This document shows, one piece after another, positions 19,781 to 22,163 of a stretch of DNA of 22,163 nucleotides. The position numbers were made by a program, and so were the translations under genes. Each line of letters starts with the position of its first letter. The stretch's first letter is position 1. The notes beneath the pieces were generated by a model. That model was not told where the DNA came from and did not search any database. It was given only the letters and a program-made list of their open reading frames with translations. This stretch comes from Ruditapes philippinarum (taxonomy: Eukaryota), in NCBI RefSeq assembly GCF_026571515.1, contig NW_026851538.1, positions 1 through 22,163 on the forward strand. Direction: 5' to 3'.

Positions 19781-21550
19781 ATGGCTGTGCCTGGTAAAAA
19801 GTCATCTCAGAAACTGTCATCTACACTATCTCAAGGTGGTGCTGAAGATTTTGACATTTTCTGTGAAATATGCAACCAAGATGACATCAGACTACCTGCC
19901 TTTGGTTACTGTGTCGATTGTGAGGAACATTTATGTCAAACTTGCTTTTACACTCACAGACGACCAAAACCACTACGTCATCACCAACTTCTAGATAAAG
20001 ATCACATGCCACATAAACAAAACCTCCATAAGTCATTAAAATCTACTTCTGGTGGAAAGACAGCTGATTTGACAAAGTCTTGTCCTAAACATACAAATGA
20101 AATTATCAAGTTTTTTTGTCATGACCATAACGCACTTATATGCAGTGTTTGTGTGACCCTTCAACATACACCAACATCCTGTCAAGTGGACTACATACCT
20201 GATATATCAGGACAGATTTTAGACAGCATGGAGTTCAAAGAAACTCTAAAAGATATTGACAAATTAACAGACAAATGCTGCCAGATTACAAAAGATCTGA
20301 AACATAGAGTTGCTAAATCAACAACTTCTCTGAAAGATGCTATAGTAGAAATAGAAAACTTTAGAAAAGAGATAAACAAAAGATTAGATGAACTAGAAAA
20401 GGAAGTTAAAGATACTGCAACAAAAATCCAACATGACAACAACAACAAGTTGAAAACAACAGAAACAACATGTGATGACATCAACAAATCACTCCAAGCA
20501 TCAGCTGATACTCTAAAACATCTCAACACCAACAAGAAAACTGACCAACTGTTTACTGAATTGAAAATAGCTCAGCAACTGATATTACACAATGAAAATA
20601 TAATTACACAACTACCAACAACCAATGATGTTGATGAATACACTTTTGAACCAAATCAAGCAATCAAAAAACTCCTTCAGAATGAGAAATCATTAGGAAC
20701 ATTGAGAACAAAGGAACCAAAGAAACTACCTCCACCAATGGATAAGGCTGCATTACCAATGAAAATGTCTACCCCTAGAAATATCAATGTTAAAACTTCC
20801 TCAGATATTGATGAATGCTGGATTACTGGAATAACTGTCTCTCCTCGGAACAAATTATTTGCAGCAGATTACCAAAATGAATCAATTAAAATGATAGACA
20901 TAAAAAGTGGAGCAATCAAACAATTACTGCTTGAATCAAACCCCTGGGATATCACCATGGTGACCAGAGATACACTTGCTGTTACATTACCAGTCATTAA
21001 AACAATACAGTTCATTTCCTTCTCCTCAAACTCTCTCTCATTGAAAAACAAACAGAAAGTAGATGGATCTTGCTACGGAATAAGCCATCATCAGGGGAAA
21101 CTTGCAGTTACCTTTATATATCCTGGTGAACTCAAAATCATGGACTTGAGAGGTAATATTAAAACTACAGTTGAGAAATATTCCAATGGCGACAGTATTT
21201 TCAGTGGCCCTTCGCATGTCATCACAAACAGCAATTCAATCTATATAACTGATAGAGGCCAAAAGGAAGTTACATGGTTTAACTGGCAGGGAGAGATGAT
21301 AGGAAGGAATGTAGACATTAAAAGTCCAAGGGGTATTTCACTGTTAGATGACGGGTCCCTCTTTGTGAGTGATGGCGGGAATAATTGTATATATAGAGTA
21401 AGTGGTGACTTTAAAGATAAGACAACTATACTGGAGGGTGTAGAGGATCCTCGAGTTGTATGTTGGTGTGCTGAGACCAGTACACTTTATTTTAGTACAC
21501 ACAGCAACACAGAGAGTGACAATATTATCAAAATATATAAAATGATGTAG
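19781..21550 (+). CDS. Uninterrupted 589-aa ORF for a RING-less tripartite-motif-like protein. B-box1 (aa 28-67: C-x2-C-x11-C-x2-C-x4-C-x2-C-x3-H-x7-H). B-box2 (aa 100-133: C-x2-H-x8-C-x2-H-x4-C-x2-C-x4-H-x4-C). K/E/L-rich coiled-coil region (about aa 150-300). C-terminal NHL-repeat beta-propeller-like region (about aa 340-589, repeated ..I.V...G.I.V.D.GN..I..F.. blocks). TRIM2/3/71-like B-box/CC/NHL family.
   Basis: Cys/His spacing read directly from the translation. Long ORF with coding-like composition. The family assignment is by domain pattern, not by a search. Confidence 0.72.
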   Translation: MAVPGKKSSQKLSSTLSQGGAEDFDIFCEICNQDDIRLPAFGYCVDCEEHLCQTCFYTHRRPKPLRHHQLLDKDHMPHKQNLHKSLKSTSGGKTADLTKSCPKHTNEIIKFFCHDHNALICSVCVTLQHTPTSCQVDYIPDISGQILDSMEFKETLKDIDKLTDKCCQITKDLKHRVAKSTTSLKDAIVEIENFRKEINKRLDELEKEVKDTATKIQHDNNNKLKTTETTCDDINKSLQASADTLKHLNTNKKTDQLFTELKIAQQLILHNENIITQLPTTNDVDEYTFEPNQAIKKLLQNEKSLGTLRTKEPKKLPPPMDKAALPMKMSTPRNINVKTSSDIDECWITGITVSPRNKLFAADYQNESIKMIDIKSGAIKQLLLESNPWDITMVTRDTLAVTLPVIKTIQFISFSSNSLSLKNKQKVDGSCYGISHHQGKLAVTFIYPGELKIMDLRGNIKTTVEKYSNGDSIFSGPSHVITNSNSIYITDRGQKEVTWFNWQGEMIGRNVDIKSPRGISLLDDGSLFVSDGGNNCIYRVSGDFKDKTTILEGVEDPRVVCWCAETSTLYFSTHSNTESDNIIKIYKMM

Positions 21551-22163
21551 AACCAAGCAATGGATATCAATGCAGACATAACAAAACATATACAATTGTA
21601 AAATGCTAAAAGCTTTAATACAGCAAATTTAAATACCATACTAATGCACATAGAAATATCTATTATTTAATGCACATTGAAATATCTATTATATAATGCA
21701 GTGTTAAAATTGTTTATTCTTGCTGCTACTTTGACCTTTCACTTAAGTAAAATGTTTGAGTTTCACACAAATGAACAAGATTTCATAATATTAATAATAA
21801 CAAAGTTCATGTACTATGTTTATATAAAGCACTATAGTCTAGAATATCACTATAGTTATCACTGTGGTGAATCATCTAAGAGTCACATGTCATCATTTAT
21901 AGAATCATTGTACATTTTCATTCACATTCATCATTTATAGAATGATGGGTATTATCTTGTTTATGTTGTTAGTTGTTATTGTTCAGTGAACTGTCATATG
22001 TTGTGTCCAGTGTTGTCAAGTGTTGTCTTGTATGTGTGTGGCAAGAGCATACATTTGGACAGGAAGATAATTATCATTGATTGACATTGAAGTTTATCAT
22101 TTCTTACCTAACGAAGTCAGAGTTAGAACTTAGTTTGAGTTGAAATCTGCAGTCTATATAGTG

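Noticed and set aside
20191-21595. Minus-strand ORFs of 114, 60 and 83 aa.
   Set aside because: They lie antisense within the long plus-strand B-box/NHL CDS. They are shadow ORFs.
1-22163. A prokaryotic defence or operon-like system as the hidden novel system.
   Set aside because: No gene-dense co-oriented ORF cluster and no RBS-like spacing. The content is eukaryotic repeats, one retrotransposon and a single host gene. The window is better explained as a TE- and satellite-rich eukaryotic region.

Overview
This window looks like eukaryotic, AT-rich, repeat-dense genomic DNA, most likely from a bivalve mollusc (oyster-like). That inference rests on ~160-bp BIV160/Cg170-type satellite units carried in pearl/Helentron-like contexts, plus an intronless B-box/coiled-coil/NHL gene of the kind massively expanded in bivalves. 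I see no prokaryotic operon, CRISPR array or defence system; no tool-based search was possible, so everything is read by eye.

Content from left to right:
- 1-2,000: dispersed small repeats, a perfect 148-bp palindrome, and a homopolymer-stuttered block.
- 3,290-4,150 and 5,015-7,050: two satellite arrays, each ending in a tetranucleotide microsatellite followed by a GC-rich hairpin. This is the architecture of pearl/Helentron non-autonomous elements. The second array is organised as an A/B dimer higher-order repeat.
- 7,150-7,905, 10,021-12,440, 12,500-12,800 and 12,870-14,262: four further tandem-repeat families.
- 14,347-19,289, minus strand: a complete Ty1/copia LTR retrotransposon. Domain order is gag-PR-IN-RT-RH. 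The two ~200-bp LTRs share a 118-bp near-identical 3' portion, have TG..CA termini, and are flanked by a 5-bp target-site duplication ATACC. There is a polypurine tract next to the 3' LTR. pol is split by at least two frameshifts, and the gag N-terminus lies in a stuttered block.
- 19,781-21,550, plus strand: an uninterrupted 589-aa ORF for a RING-less B-box/coiled-coil/NHL (TRIM2/3/71-like) protein.

Three blocks (1-340, 8,180-9,180, 18,530-19,105) show conspicuous homopolymer doubling and look like noisy copies of nearby clean sequence. They may be assembly or sequencing artefacts.
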